NCBI GenBank assembly: GCA_964016885.1
Contig: OZ024750.1
Coordinates: 33,418,001 to 33,482,000 of the forward strand
Direction: 5' to 3'
Source: Eledone cirrhosa
Lineage: Eukaryota
Length of the DNA stretch: 64,000 nt
Part shown: piece by piece, positions 14,528-27,549 of the stretch
How positions within the stretch are numbered: the stretch's first letter is position 1
Layout of the letters: the number at the start of each line of letters is the position of its first letter
Notes under the pieces: generated by a model
Seen by the model: the letters and a program-made list of their open reading frames with translations, nothing else
Databases searched by the model: none
Told to the model about the DNA's origin: nothing
Made by a program: the position numbers and the translations under genes

Positions 14528-14854
14528 TAAAAATGTCCAAATTAGGCACAAGGCCAGTGATTTGGTGTAAGGGATAGTCGACTATATCAAGTCATTAACT
14601 GACGACCCCAGACACGTTAAAGGCAGCGTTTTACCTCAGTGGGATTTGAACTAAAAAATATAATTCTGTCAAATTTTCCGCCCTAAATATAATAAATATA
14701 AGGAAATACGATACAGTTTTGAGAAAACGGAGCAGCTTTTTTAATAGAAACAACGTGATGGGATGGGGATCTATCAGGCACAGTCTGTTGGTGTTTGTTG
14801 TTAGGCCAGATGAATGAGAGATAGACGCTTTGAAATTCCATGAGCATGATATAC

Positions 14855-15026
<172 letters not shown>

Positions 15027-15039
15027 CGTGAACAATCAG

Positions 15040-15150
15040 GGGTAACCACAGTAAGTAAGGTACTCAATACATTAATGAAGCATAAACATCATGCTTGATA
15101 TAGAAATGGCTTCTACAGGACTAGAACTGATTCCTTCAATTGAATGAAAC

Positions 15151-15206
<56 letters not shown>

Positions 15207-15217
15207 GTTTCATTCAA
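15040..15217 (-). mobile_element. Fragment of hammerhead family Q (related to 56705-56870 and 59339-59400) with a short fold-back around (TA)n
   Basis: Shares cagtaagtaaggtactcaatac and gcttctacaggactagaactg; tgaatgaaacag-(AT)n-ctgtttcattca. Confidence 0.55.
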
Positions 15218-15600
15218 TTTTTTCTTTTTTCTTTTTTCTTTTTTCTTTTTTCTTTTTTCTTTTTTCTTTTTTCTTTTTTCTTTTTTTCTTTTTTCTTTTT
15301 TCTTTTTTCTTTTTTCTTTTTTCTTTTTTCTTTTTTCTTTTTTCTTTTTTCTTTTTTCTTTTTTCTTTTTTCTTTTTTCTTTTTTCTTTTTTCTTTTCAC
15401 TTCATAAACCTTGTTTGTAAATAACATTATTCTTTCTGCACCATCCCTTTAACATGTGCGACACCACCATACTACACTAATACATATCACTATCATTTGA
15501 TAATGCATAAAAATGCTAAAACCGGTAACAGACAATTATTAAATATATAAATAGATAAATAAATGCCATTGTTAAATAATATATAAATCAACTAATACCT
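15218..15600. repeat. (TTTTTTC)n array plus ~200 bp of flank, copy 1 of a local duplication
   Basis: Near-identical to 17985-18350. Confidence 0.85.
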
Positions 15601-15944
15601 TAACACTTCACACAAAGTAAAACATTTCGTTTTAATCATTTTCTAACCCAGAAAAAAGAGAGAGAGAAATAAAAAAGGAAAAAAATATATTTTTCTTCTT
15701 AATAATCGTCTCTTTCTCCCTGTTTTCATCTATATATATATATGAGTTTGACAATCGCCACCGACGACTGCTAGCAAGTTCTCCAGGAAGGTTAACCAGG
15801 AATCTTTAAAAAATCTCCCCTCTGAAGTTAACAAAGAACTTACTAGATTTACAAAACCGAATTGTAAAATTAAAATATTGTAAAATTAAATTGTTTAGAG
15901 CAACAAATGAAGTCATTCTTTTCCTTTTTCCAAATATATGTATG

Positions 15945-16087
<143 letters not shown>

Positions 16088-17582
16088 ATGAGGAGAGATA
16101 GACACATACACACACAAATAGGAAAAATTAGGAAAGAATTATGCAAGCAAATTATAATATTGTCAAAGGAAGTTATCAAAATCGTATCTATTAAATAAAT
16201 GTATATATCAATACTTTGTGATACTACAATCAATGTATTTGAATAAACAGATTAAATATTCTGGACTCAACAGCCAATATCAAGATAGCAACTAAACATA
16301 TATTTGAACTAGAGTCTGGTAAGAGATGTTAGATTGTATCGATATTATATCTTCCACTTCTAATCCAATCCTACAAAATATGTTCGTGCTGTTTCATTTC
16401 CAATTTTGTTATATCAATAATTTTTATTATATATTATACATTATATATTTTTATCTCTTTTACAGAGATTTACGTATTTTAATCTTTTTTTTTCTATAGT
16501 AAATATACACACCTACGTTTAGTAATGTACTCACACAGAACTTTTTATAAACTAAATATGATATATATTGATTAGAATATATTAATATGCTAACATATCC
16601 TTTATATAAACTGTCAGTATAGACAACTAGACGAATTATAAACTAGTTATTAGTGATACTTTTGATATTGATATAGAAAGCAACAACTGAATAGATATAC
16701 GTCCCTTACAGCAATTTATTTTTCTGCACAAGTCACTGGAATGTCAGTCAAAGCAAATGTGGAATAAATGTTATTAAAGCAATATGTCATAAACTGTTTT
16801 TAATTAGAATAATTAGAAATATTGCATTGATCCAATTTTTGCAGTATGTTGCAGTATGTTGCTTAGTAATTTTAATGGATTTCTAATAAATACTTGTGCT
16901 TCTAGCTACTTTAGACATCACGTATATTGTGAGACTTGATAATATGATTGATAATATGATTGATAATATATAAGATCTGATAATATATAAGATCTGATAA
17001 TAATGACTATGGAAGAAAATACTATTAAGAACATAATTATATGAAGGGGGTGTTGTATTTTTACAGTTAAATCTAAAATGGAAAGACTGTGAAACTAGGA
17101 AGAAAACGTTTTACTGAAATCTGAAATCTGACTTGAATGCTTGCAACAGAGTAAACTCTATTACAAGCTGCCAAGGTCCAGCTTGTGGTGTTAAACGATG
17201 CACCAAAAAACATAGAAAGGGACGGATAATACAAGACATCCCACCAGACGCTCCAAAACATCTCGCCAGTCCACCGCACTGACACTGAATTACCTCTTTA
17301 ATTTATCGACCTCGGCAGGATGAAATGCAAAGTGACTTCAATGAGATTTGAACTCAAATCTCAGAGTCGAAACAAATACACCACAAGTCATATTTTTTCT
17401 TATTCTTTTACTTTGTCACTGATCAAGTAACACCCAATTGAGTCGTGAGGGCACCACTGTAACATAATACATATCTTCGAACATCGTATTTCTAAACCTG
17501 CCGGTGACCATGCCGGTTTAGGTAAAAACGATTTCTTCCAGAGTGAGGGTGAGAAAGAAATATATATATGTAAACATTGTTA

Positions 17583-17708
17583 AATTCTGAAGAGCCGATT
17601 TACTAAGGTGCTGTCGCAAAATATTGGAAATTGAATTTTCCCTGAAGCCTATCGGACTAGCATTTCTAGATTTTGTTTAGCTGTACATTGGTGAAACACG
17701 TGTCAATT
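17583..17708 (+). ncRNA. Type-I hammerhead ribozyme motif (Penelope-type, palindromic helix III)
   Basis: AATT-CTGAAGA-GCCGATTTAC...GTACATTGGT-GAAAC-ACGT-GTC-AATT; intact core; AATAAA follows. Confidence 0.65.
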
Positions 17709-17762
17709 ATATAATAAATGCTAGTCCTTTAACAGTAAAGTTGTTATATCCATGTTACTTAT

Positions 17763-17796
<34 letters not shown>

Positions 17797-17984
17797 ATAT
17801 ATTATATATACATATTATATATATAGAGAGAGAGTCCACCATTTGCCTCCATCATGGAATCATGGATCAACTAAGCACTCTTGCCATATTAACACATTTT
17901 GATCTGCTTAACTTCAAGAACTATGCCTGTAAATAACATTATTTTTTCTTCCACATTGACATTTTATGTTCTACATTATGCCCG

Positions 17985-18350
17985 TTTTTTCTTTTCTTTT
18001 TTTCTTTTTTCTTTTTTCTTTTTTCTTTTTTCGTTTTTCTTTTTTCTTTTTTCTTTTTTCTTTTTTCTTTTTTCTTTTTTCTTTTTTCTTTTTTCTTTTT
18101 TCTTTTTTCTTTTTTCTTTTTTCTTTCTCCTTTTTTCTTTTTTCTTTTTTCTTTTCACTTCATAAACCTTGTTTGTAAATAACATTATTCTTTCTGCACC
18201 TTCTCTCTAACATGTGTGTGACACCACACTAATACATTTCACTATCATTTGATAATGCATAAAAATGCTGAAACCGGTAACAGACAATTATTAAATATAT
18301 AAATAGATAAATAAATGCCATTGTTAAATAATAAATAAATCAACTAATAT
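17985..18350. repeat. (TTTTTTC)n array plus flank, copy 2
   Basis: Direct repeat of 15218-15600. Confidence 0.85.
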
Positions 18351-19119
18351 CTTTATATTTCGATATAAAACTCAGGAATGCATTTACGTATCAGCTATGT
18401 GAAAGCGAAAACAAATTGTGTTTTTATATTAAAGCATTAACGACATATTACTAAATAGGAAATGGCATAATTTAATATACGATATGCGTTCCATAATAGT
18501 AACTTATGAAACTAGCATTAAAAATTACTGTATTGAATTCGGTAATAAAATATTAAAGTGGTGAATATGAAATATAATATATATATCCAACATTCTAGTA
18601 GTCTTCGAGTTACATTCTAATAGATGGAAATTATATAATTTTGAGATTTTGATTTTAATAGCTTCTAGGACAACTGACATTGCAAAAGCAAATATGAGTT
18701 CATATTGACAATTATATTTGTCTATGTTTATATATCCCTTAAAATATATTTATATTTCACTTAATTTTCAGCACATAAAAACATGTTACTTCTCCTTCAA
18801 GATACTATGTTTGAGTAGGTGTTGTTCAAAAATTATTATTCTGTGTGTGTGTATGTGTCTGTGGTGTGTGTGGGGGGGGGGGGGGTTGTGTGCGTAAATG
18901 TGTGTGTGTGCGTGAGTGTGTCAGTGTGTGTGTGAGGTTATCAATTTCGTAATTTAAAACCATATGTATTGTAATAATACATATAGCTCTACTTAAATAA
19001 TCATACATTTTATTAAACAATACACATGCACACAATACAGCATGGCTGCTTAAAGGTTTATATCTATAAACAAATGTACGTTTCATATGCGTGTGTGTGT
19101 ATGTGTAAGTGTATTTTAT

Positions 19120-19337
19120 GGTTTCTTATATAGGCACAGGGCCAGCAATTTGGTGGGGAGAGAAAAGTCGATTAAATTGACCCCAGTGCGTGACTGGTAC
19201 TTTATTTTATCGACCCCGTAAGGATGAAAGGCAAAGTTAACCTCGGCGGTATTTGAACTCAGATCATAAAGGGCCTTAACTCTATGCTTCAAAGCATGGC
19301 ATCCGACCCTCGACCAATACCTCCAATCCTCCGCCTT
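19120..19337 (-). mobile_element. Full-length SINE family A
   Basis: Consensus match; gtgtaagtgta on both flanks. Confidence 0.85.
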
Positions 19338-19619
19338 CGTGTAAGTGTAATTAATGCTGATATAACTTATTTTAATTTAGCATATTAATTTTGATAGCTT
19401 CTAGGCTGTACCGCTGCTTATTATATGATACATACTAAAACGAGTGTAAAATAACATATCTGGGCATACACTCATATACACTCTTGCACAAATACATACA
19501 TATGTGAAAGGCAAAGCTAACCTATACAGAATTTGAACTGAGCACGTAAAGGGCCGTAATTCAATGCTGTAAAGCATGTTGTCTGACGCTTCACCGAAAT
19601 TAACTATATAGAAAGACAC

Positions 19620-20187
19620 AACCCCACATCAACATAAAAAATGTGAACTGGATGCTCTGCCGCTCTCATGACATCCAGACTTCTAACAAATGGTATGAAC
19701 ATCAACCAAAATCAGTCATGGAAAAGGGCAACGTATCCAGCTTGTGGGATATGCTTACGATAACCGACCGAGAAATCGCTGCCAACAGACCAGATATCAA
19801 CATAAAAAACGAAACAGATCGGACATGTAGTCTTATTGATATTTCCGTACAAGCTGACAAGAATACATTTATAAAAACAATAGAAAAACTGTCAAAATAT
19901 AAAGACGTGGAAATGGAGATCAACTGCGTGTGGAGGATGACCACAAACACTATCCCTGTGGTAGTAGGAACATTATGATTAATACCCAATTCATCAGACC
20001 TGCACCTTCGCGTCCTTCCCTGCAAGATCACCAAATATGAGCTACAGAAGATCGGGCTACCAGGAATAGTACACATTCTCAGACGAGTTCTCTCTCTACA
20101 ATGAAAACATATATTTCCCTAGGTTCAAAGCCTGAACCTGGCAATGGAGACACAGAACTGAGCTAAACGAAATAATGCAACAATAAT
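19620..20187 (+). mobile_element. R4/Dong-like non-LTR retrotransposon 3' fragment (RLE domain)
   Basis: KWYEHQP..V.....LWD..I.TDREIAANRPDI....C.LIDISV....EKLSKYKD...W...IPVVVG.L...ELQK......HILRRVL; (AAT)-like tail. Confidence 0.8.
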
Positions 20188-20380
20188 AATTGTTTCTACT
20201 GTTGGCACAAGGCCAGCAATTACCCCCAGTGCATTACTGGTACTTTGTTTTATCGACCCCGTAAGGATGAAAGGCAAAGTTAACCTCGGCGGGATTTGAA
20301 CTCAGAATGGCAAGGGCTGTAACTCTATGCGTCAAAGCATGGCGTCCGACCCTCTACCGATACTGCCAATCCACCGCCCT
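20188..20380 (-). mobile_element. Full-length SINE family A inserted in the R4-like tail
   Basis: Target-site duplication taatgcaacaataataat on both sides. Confidence 0.88.
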
Positions 20381-20734
20381 TAATGCAACAATAATAATAA
20401 TAATAGATTTGCATCTCAGAATGTAATCTGATTAGTTTAGAGTATCAGATTGATTCCGATAGATATCGTTTGTATTGATTTTTCTAAGATGCAATAATAT
20501 ACATATTATACCTTAAGCATGGAATCATTCACTTTAAATATATTTCAATTTATTTTACAGCAAAACGCAAATTAAATGAATGCCAGTGTGTAAGGTATAT
20601 ATGGCTTCTGTTTATTTGGCTATCGAGTAATTGCATATATAGAGGGAAAAAAAGATAATTGATTGGCAATCGATATAGATTTGCTAATACTTTAATTACA
20701 ATGTATTGCTATATATCGTAGACAATATTTCAAT

Positions 20735-20800
<66 letters not shown>

Positions 20801-20957
20801 GTTCTGACAGTAAGTGCACTGAATATAGTTCTGGCAGTGCCACTATCATTATTAGCATCAATATCTCAATATAAATATCAATTTTGAATACATCACATAC
20901 ATATGATACAAACATATATACACACGTGCAAGCACTCATATATATATATATATATAT

Positions 20958-21003
<46 letters not shown>

Positions 21004-21305
21004 ATAATAATAAATTTGAAGACTAAAATCTGTTATTTTAATATATATATATATATTATATATATATATATATATTATATATATATAGTAATATATAGTT
21101 ATTATTATATTTATATTTATATATATATATTATATAATATATATATATTATATATAGTAATATATATGTAATATATAGTTATATTATATTTATTTATATA
21201 TGTTTGATATGACTATAAATATGTAGAGGTAGTAGTAAGTAACTAGCCGGTTACCAGTATGACAAAAGGCTCAATGCAAAATTTTCAAGTGTTTTACAGA
21301 GCCGA

Positions 21306-21617
21306 GATACAAAGTGTTAAAACGATCAGATTTTATTTTTAGAACATTTATTAGCTGACAATTGTTTCTTCCAGAGGGAAGTCTGGAATCATAGGAGCAT
21401 AAGGAATGTCGAAAACGTGTTAAATGTAAATTCCTCCGAATTACTGGCCATGTTTGTTATTGCCTTTGACACTAATAACTATGTACCCTAAATGTTCTAA
21501 ATGATTAGGATTCTATTTACACGTTTTCGACATTCCTTATGCCTCGATTGAAGAAACAATTGAGTCTGCTATAATAATGTTCTAAACTAAAAATGTGATC
21601 GTTTTAACACTTTGTAT
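21306..21617. repeat. Diverged fold-back repeat (arms ~21306-21435 and ~21507-21617)
   Basis: atacaaagtgttaaaacgatca...gcataaggaatgtcgaaaacgtgt and its reverse complement. Confidence 0.75.
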
Positions 21618-21683
21618 ATATAATATATATATATTGAAAGGATAACAAGGACGATTGATTACACCTTCGTTGCATTTATTGGT

Positions 21684-21771
21684 AGGTGACGCGCGTTTCG
21701 CCACTGATCAGCTCAAGGTTCGATCTGTATCAATCCTACCCCGCCTCAATAATCGGCGGCTCGACGGACCC
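21684..21771 (-). ncRNA. Degenerate type-I hammerhead motif
   Basis: Minus strand GGGT-CCGTCGA-GCCGC...GTGGC-GAAAC-GCGC-GTC-ACCT, then AATAAA; the 5' core has two deviations from CTGANGA. Confidence 0.5.
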
Positions 21772-22177
21772 TTTTAATATATAGAAAATGAAATTATATA
21801 TATATATATATATATTATTAATATATAATATTATAGGATAGTATCCGGATTCGGCTTTAAGACAACACATACTCAAAATTGATAAATATATATTTCTGCA
21901 ATATTATTACAACAATATGAGACCTCCCAATATTATTATAATACTAATATAATATAATATCTATATATATCTATAATATTATATAATATAATATCATATA
22001 TATATATATACAAAAAAATAAAAAACAAAAATAAATTACCGAGAATCACATTTCTCTATAGATTCTAACGAACCAGAGCTACAACATACGTTAAAAGGCC
22101 AAACACACTGAGACGATGGTTAAACCATTATCCGCACGGCCATAGAAACAACCAAGTAATTCGGGTCAAACAAACAG

Positions 22178-22250
22178 GTCCCTGTAGCGCAGCGGATAGC
22201 GCGCTGGACTTCTAATCCAGAGGCCGTGGGTTCGAATCCCACCAGGGATG
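22178..22250 (+). tRNA. tRNA-Arg-TCT: tRNA-Arg (anticodon TCT), intronless
   Basis: Complete 73-nt cloverleaf: acceptor GTCCCTG/CAGGGAT, D-stem GCGC/GCGC, anticodon arm CTGGA-CTTCTAA-TCCAG, T arm GTGGG-TTCGAAT-CCCAC, discriminator G. Confidence 0.95.
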
Positions 22251-22252
22251 TT

Positions 22253-22291
<39 letters not shown>

Positions 22292-22317
22292 TGTGTATGT
22301 ATATATACATATATATA

Positions 22318-22480
22318 CATGGACACACTGGAAGAGGAAGACCAAGGTTAACGTATGTTGATGCCCTAAGGGCAGACATTGGTCTGTTTGAGACGCGGGA
22401 CATGCCAGCGATAATGAGGGACAGAGACCGCTGGAGAGATCTAGTCCATGGATCTCGGGAATTTTACCCGCCCTAGAATA
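22318..22480 (+). mobile_element. RTE-type LINE 3' end
   Basis: HGHTGRGRPRLTYVDALRADIG...MRDRDRWRDLV. Confidence 0.7.
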
Positions 22481-22516
22481 CATACATGCACATATATATA
22501 TATATATCCTCCTTTT

Positions 22517-22564
<48 letters not shown>

Positions 22565-22654
22565 TATATGGATTTATACATACAGTTTAAGATAAAAAAA
22601 GCTACCAAAAGGGCACACTTACATAGTCACACACACACAGACACACACACCCAC

Positions 22655-22712
<58 letters not shown>

Positions 22713-22789
22713 AAGGTATCATGGTACTGTGTATATCTAGGCACATTTACACATACATACACTCACACACTCACACACAAACACTTTCT

Positions 22790-23175
22790 GTTTCCCCAAA
22801 AGTTGTTGGCCTTGTGCCTAAATTAGAAACTGTCAGTATCAGTAGAGCGTCAGACAACATGCTTTGTGGCATAGAGTTATGGCCCCTTACGTTCCGTGTT
22901 CAAATTACGCAGAAGTTAACTTTGCCTTTCATCCTTACGGGGTCGATAAAATAAAGTACCAGTCACGCACTGGGGTCGATTTAATCGATATTCCCCTCCC
23001 CAAAAATTGCTGACCTTGTGCATATATAAGAAACCATTATTATTTTCCTTGTATATCTGAGTTCAAATTTCGCCGAGGTTAACTTTGCCTTTCATCCTTA
23101 CGGCGTCGACAAAATAAAGTACCAGTAATGCACTGGGTAATTGCTGGCCTTGTACCAAAAGTAGAAACAATTATT
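22790..23175 (+). mobile_element. Tandem SINE family A copies
   Basis: Consensus matches at ~22790-22830, 22830-23043 and 23057-23175. Confidence 0.8.
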
Positions 23176-23399
23176 TTCCTTGTATATATGTATATTCACA
23201 TATAATCCCACCGGGGGCCTCAACCAAGGGCTTGGGTGATGGTTTGTTGATGGCACATTTTCCAACTCCATAGTTAACTGATTGTTACAAATTATATCAT
23301 ACATAAAATATACCCTTTTGTCTATGGGTACAACGTAGTTTGCCCTTCCAATATTACGTTGACGATGCTCTTCACAAAATGTAGGCAGTATTAGTAAGT

Positions 23400-23595
23400 A
23401 CGGTGGATTGGCAGTATCGGTAGAGGGTCGGACGCCATGCTTTTCAGCATAGTTACGTCCCTTTACGATCTGAGTTCAAATCCCGCCGAGGTTGACTTTG
23501 TCTTTCATCGATAAAATGTCTTTCGTCGATAAAATAAAGTACCAGTAATACACTGGGTAATTGTTGGCCTTGTGCCTAACGTAGAAACAAGTATT
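23400..23595 (+). mobile_element. SINE family A
   Basis: Consensus match; gtattagtaagtacg duplicated at both flanks. Confidence 0.85.
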
Positions 23596-23689
23596 AGTAA
23601 GTACGATTTTTTAAATTTCTTTTATACAAGATTTAGCTCGCATGTGATCCATTATTAGTATTATTAATTTTTAAAATACTTCCCAGCGG

Positions 23690-24045
23690 AAAAAGACAGA
23701 AGCTGCCTGCCAGACAGTTAGTTGAAAGGTGGGGGAGAGTGGCGAGCATGGTCCGTGTGTATGGGCCTGTCTTGAGCATACGCCTGTAGATTGGAGCAGA
23801 AAAACTGTGAGAGGGCACTTTGCCCTAGTGGACAGGGTGACTGTGGCTTTTGTGGGCTTTCTACACGAGTGATACTTAGCGTTTCATCACCTTTGGGGAA
23901 TTTGTTATGTTTGTTTTAAATGTTTATTTTATTAGTCTCTTTTATAAATGTCATTTTACACAAAGAAAATCCCACACTGTATCGTTCTGTACCGTCTTTA
24001 ATGTTTCCTTAATGTGATCCCTGTGTCGCTAATAAAGATATCATT
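23690..24045 (+). mobile_element. Possible L1/Tx1-like LINE 3' end
   Basis: VERWGRVASMVRV..stop, followed by a UTR ending in aataaaga. Confidence 0.35.
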
Positions 24046-24054
24046 ATTAATCTT

Positions 24055-24243
24055 GTGAATTGGCAGTATCGGTAGAGGGACGGAGGCCATGCTTTGACGC
24101 ATAGAGTTACGGCCCTTGCCATTCTGAGTTCAAATCCCGCCGAGGTTAACTTTGCCTTTCATCCTTATGGGGTCGATAAAATAAAGTACCAGTAATGCAC
24201 TGGGTAATTGCTGGCCTTGTGCCAAAAGTAGAAACAATTAATA
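24055..24243 (+). mobile_element. SINE family A
   Basis: Consensus match. Confidence 0.85.
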
Positions 24244-24540
24244 TTATTTCTTTACTTACATTGTACCATATGATACATAGTAGATGTCTCTATAAAGCTA
24301 CACACGGTTTTTTTTTCAAGAATTCATGATTAAAAGGTCAAGTCTCGCTAAGTACATCCTCTTTATCTTTATATTCAAATCATTACAGATAGAAAAAGAC
24401 GAAGAATATACTTAGTGACTTTTGTATGATAATCACGAGAAGTTCATTCCTTGCACATATATATATATATATGTGGGGGGGGCGTGTGTGTGTATAAATG
24501 TGCGTATAGCATATTTGAAAATAAACTATGTTTATTTTAA

Positions 24541-24910
24541 AAGTGACGTAGTCACTACTTTAAAATTCATAATGAATGGTCTTCAAAATGTTTTTAAATA
24601 AACATACAGTATATTATCAAATATACTATACTTGCATTCATACATACATCGCTATTTCAGGACTCCAATACTAATTCCTAATTTTTGCTGGACCGGCAAC
24701 CGCTTTGTTTAAACAGCTCTTAAAGATAACTGGAATTCTATAAGAATCCAGCTTATATAACACTCGGCAGAAGCGAAGGAGTATGTAGTCTTGATAACCG
24801 CTTATGAGCTAGAAACGGGACCGTCGATTACTCCCCTTTGCTTTTGCCGAGACTAAGTAAGTGACGTAATCACTACTTTAAAATTCATAATGAATGGTCT
24901 TCAAAATGTT
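24541..24910 (+). mobile_element. Partial-tandem element with ~52-bp direct repeats (24541-24592, 24859-24910) enclosing a hammerhead
   Basis: aagtgacgta(g/a)tcactactttaaaattcataatgaatggtcttcaaaatgtt occurs twice, 318 nt apart. Confidence 0.75.
24763..24851 (+). ncRNA. Type-I hammerhead motif, U3-A8 core variant, with extended helix I
   Basis: GTAGTC-TTGATAA-ccGCTtatgAGCta-GAAACGG-GA-CCGTC-GATTAC; outer pairing CTCGGCAGAAGCGAAGG / CCTTTGCTTTTGCCGAG. Confidence 0.7.
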
Positions 24911-25032
24911 ATACATTTATATATATATGTGTGTGAGTGTGTGTGTGTGTGTGTGTAAAAGATAAACAGAAATAACAACACAATCGGTACAGTATATGGA
25001 AGGGATATATTAGGTTAACGCTTGATATAGCG

Positions 25033-25082
<50 letters not shown>

Positions 25083-25231
25083 TAAAGAGGCAGGCTGTAT
25101 GGTTTCTGTAAACAAAGTTTAAGAAGGTAATAGGGACGTAAACAAGAGAACAAAAGTACCGATGGATTTAAACCCTGTGGCGGTATAACTGCGGAGCAAG
25201 GTTTTTTCCGTGCGACCTCAGTAAAGTGAGT

Positions 25232-25266
<35 letters not shown>

Positions 25267-26536
25267 GGAAGTCGGTATGTTTTAACTTATCCTATTTTCT
25301 CTTCGGTTACTCACTTATATGTGCCATTGTCCTGTGCTCCCTCTTCTATTCGGTATGTTTACTTCGTTTTTTCCTCTTTCCCATTTTTTTCTTTCTTCCT
25401 CTCTCTTCATTATCATTTCTTTCCCTTATGGCCTTTTGATGGATAAAAGGCCTCGGGCGGGCTGCCGATCGATGTCCTGTTTATAAGCGCCCGCCGAAAC
25501 ATCTATGATCTGCCGTAAACAGCTGATGAACGGTTACTTTTCTTCTCTTGTTTACGTCCCTATTTTACCATCTTACACTATATATATTATTATTTACTAT
25601 ATATATTTATTACTGTTGTGAAATATTGTGGCTTTTTTTGGTTGTAACTTCTCTGTTTTTTAGCCTAGGAAAATATAGATATATGCCTACGTATATAATT
25701 ACATGCATATATGTATTTATTTTCTTTTATTAATTGAGTTCTTTACACGAGGAATTAATATTGGTTTTGAAATAACTAATTAACCCGCGTGTGTTTTATA
25801 TTTTACTCTTAATAATTCGGCCGGAGAATTATATTCCCATTTGCCCTTTATAGCATAACTTTCTGCATTTACTGCGGTTATGAAAAGCGATTCTTATTCG
25901 GGTACAACTTCTGATTTAGCCTAAGAAAATATTTATATGCGTGTGTAATTTATACGAGCATATATTTATTTTTTAATTTTCAATTGAGTTCTTAAACACG
26001 TTGGATTGATAATGTTTTCAAAAAAACTAATTAACCCGCGTATATATTATTTTTTTCCTCATTTCGTGAGTTGTCTCCCCTTCCCGCTTCGTGTCGCTAT
26101 GATACTTCCTCAGTCAAAAACTGCTGGAATTTCAAATTTGGCGGTCATTCGAGGCGAGAGAGAGATACTTTACGGACATGATTTTTGACAGCGGTAAGAA
26201 ATTTGTTTTCTTATATCAATGTTTAATGGGCTTCCACTGATGATTTATAAGTGCCCACCTAAATATATTCTTACATGAATATATATTAGGCTTCTACATA
26301 AACTGGAAACATTCTCCCAAACTTGTAGAAAACTTATAATGAAACAATTGTTTGGAAAGAGAGATATACTTTAACTTTAATTATATCTCATAAAATAATA
26401 CAACTGGTTTTTCCACATTATACATATTGTTAGCACCCCAAACACTTAAATTGGGTTTATATTTTAATATAACCTAATGTTTGTTGAGTGAGATGGTTAC
26501 CAGTCAGAGTTTAGCTTTAAACTATCTCTGTTATTG

Positions 26537-26586
<50 letters not shown>

Positions 26587-26590
<4 letters not shown>

Positions 26591-26611
26591 TTGATACGAA
26601 CTCTAAATAAG

Positions 26612-26651
<40 letters not shown>

Positions 26652-26676
26652 CTTATTTAGAGTTCGTATCAAATGT
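26587..26676. repeat. Short fold-back centred on (TA)n
   Basis: acatttgatacgaactctaaataagatgtttt-(AT)n-aaaacatcttatttagagttcgtatcaaatgt. Confidence 0.85.
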
Positions 26677-27549
26677 TATATCTTAAAGTATTTCAAAATA
26701 GTCAACCGAAGCTTCATTCAAGTTCTACATGTTGTTAATGTAGCCTAATCTTCAAAGTTCCTCTAATATATTTAGGCTAAATAGTCTACACTACATATGT
26801 AGCAGATAATCGATGACTTATAATTATTCGAGTAAGTTATAATTTACTGTAATAAAGTACGATAATTTATGTAGCACAAACTTAATATATTCTTTTATGT
26901 GCGTCTTTATTCGCATTTCATTATATTTGAATGTTTGACAGTGCTTCATTGCTGAGTATGTATATATTAGTAACGCTTTGATAATATTCAAATCGAAATA
27001 TTTTTAAATGAACTTTCGATAGATACCCTCGTCTTTTCCTAGCAGTCAATGATTTTATTTCTTTTTCTAAGATCCTTATGAAGATATTTCCGGAACAGAA
27101 ACTATAATGATTATCTACAAAAAAAACTATTCTCTCCATATCACTATAAAATATATTCGTATTCTAGTTATGGAAAAGTCAAGATATTTCTAGTATATAA
27201 TTATTTCTTACAACAGATTTTCAGGTTTCCCTTACAACAGATTTTCAGGTTTCTCTTACTTATTTCACACTACAGAACACTGATCCACTTTTTTCCATTA
27301 GTTTCGTTAGGCTATATTTGTTTAAAGTTAGTTTTGATATTCATACATATTGCAAAGAATATGTTGATGTCATTATAAAAGTGACATAAAATATTATTTC
27401 TTTTTCTGTAATTGAAACAGAAAATCTCATTTAAATTTAAGAAATGTACAGCAATTATTTAAACGAATGAAAACAATCCATACTAAACAACTACACTTGA
27501 AAATACTTTCCTAGATTTATTAATAGTGGTTCGTATCTGACTATTAAAT

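Noticed and set aside
25430-25540. Possible hammerhead (GGCGGGC/GCCCGCC-GAAAC, CTGATGA downstream)
   Set aside because: No core directly upstream of the hairpin and no valid NUH or helix I in either permutation; may be a decayed relative
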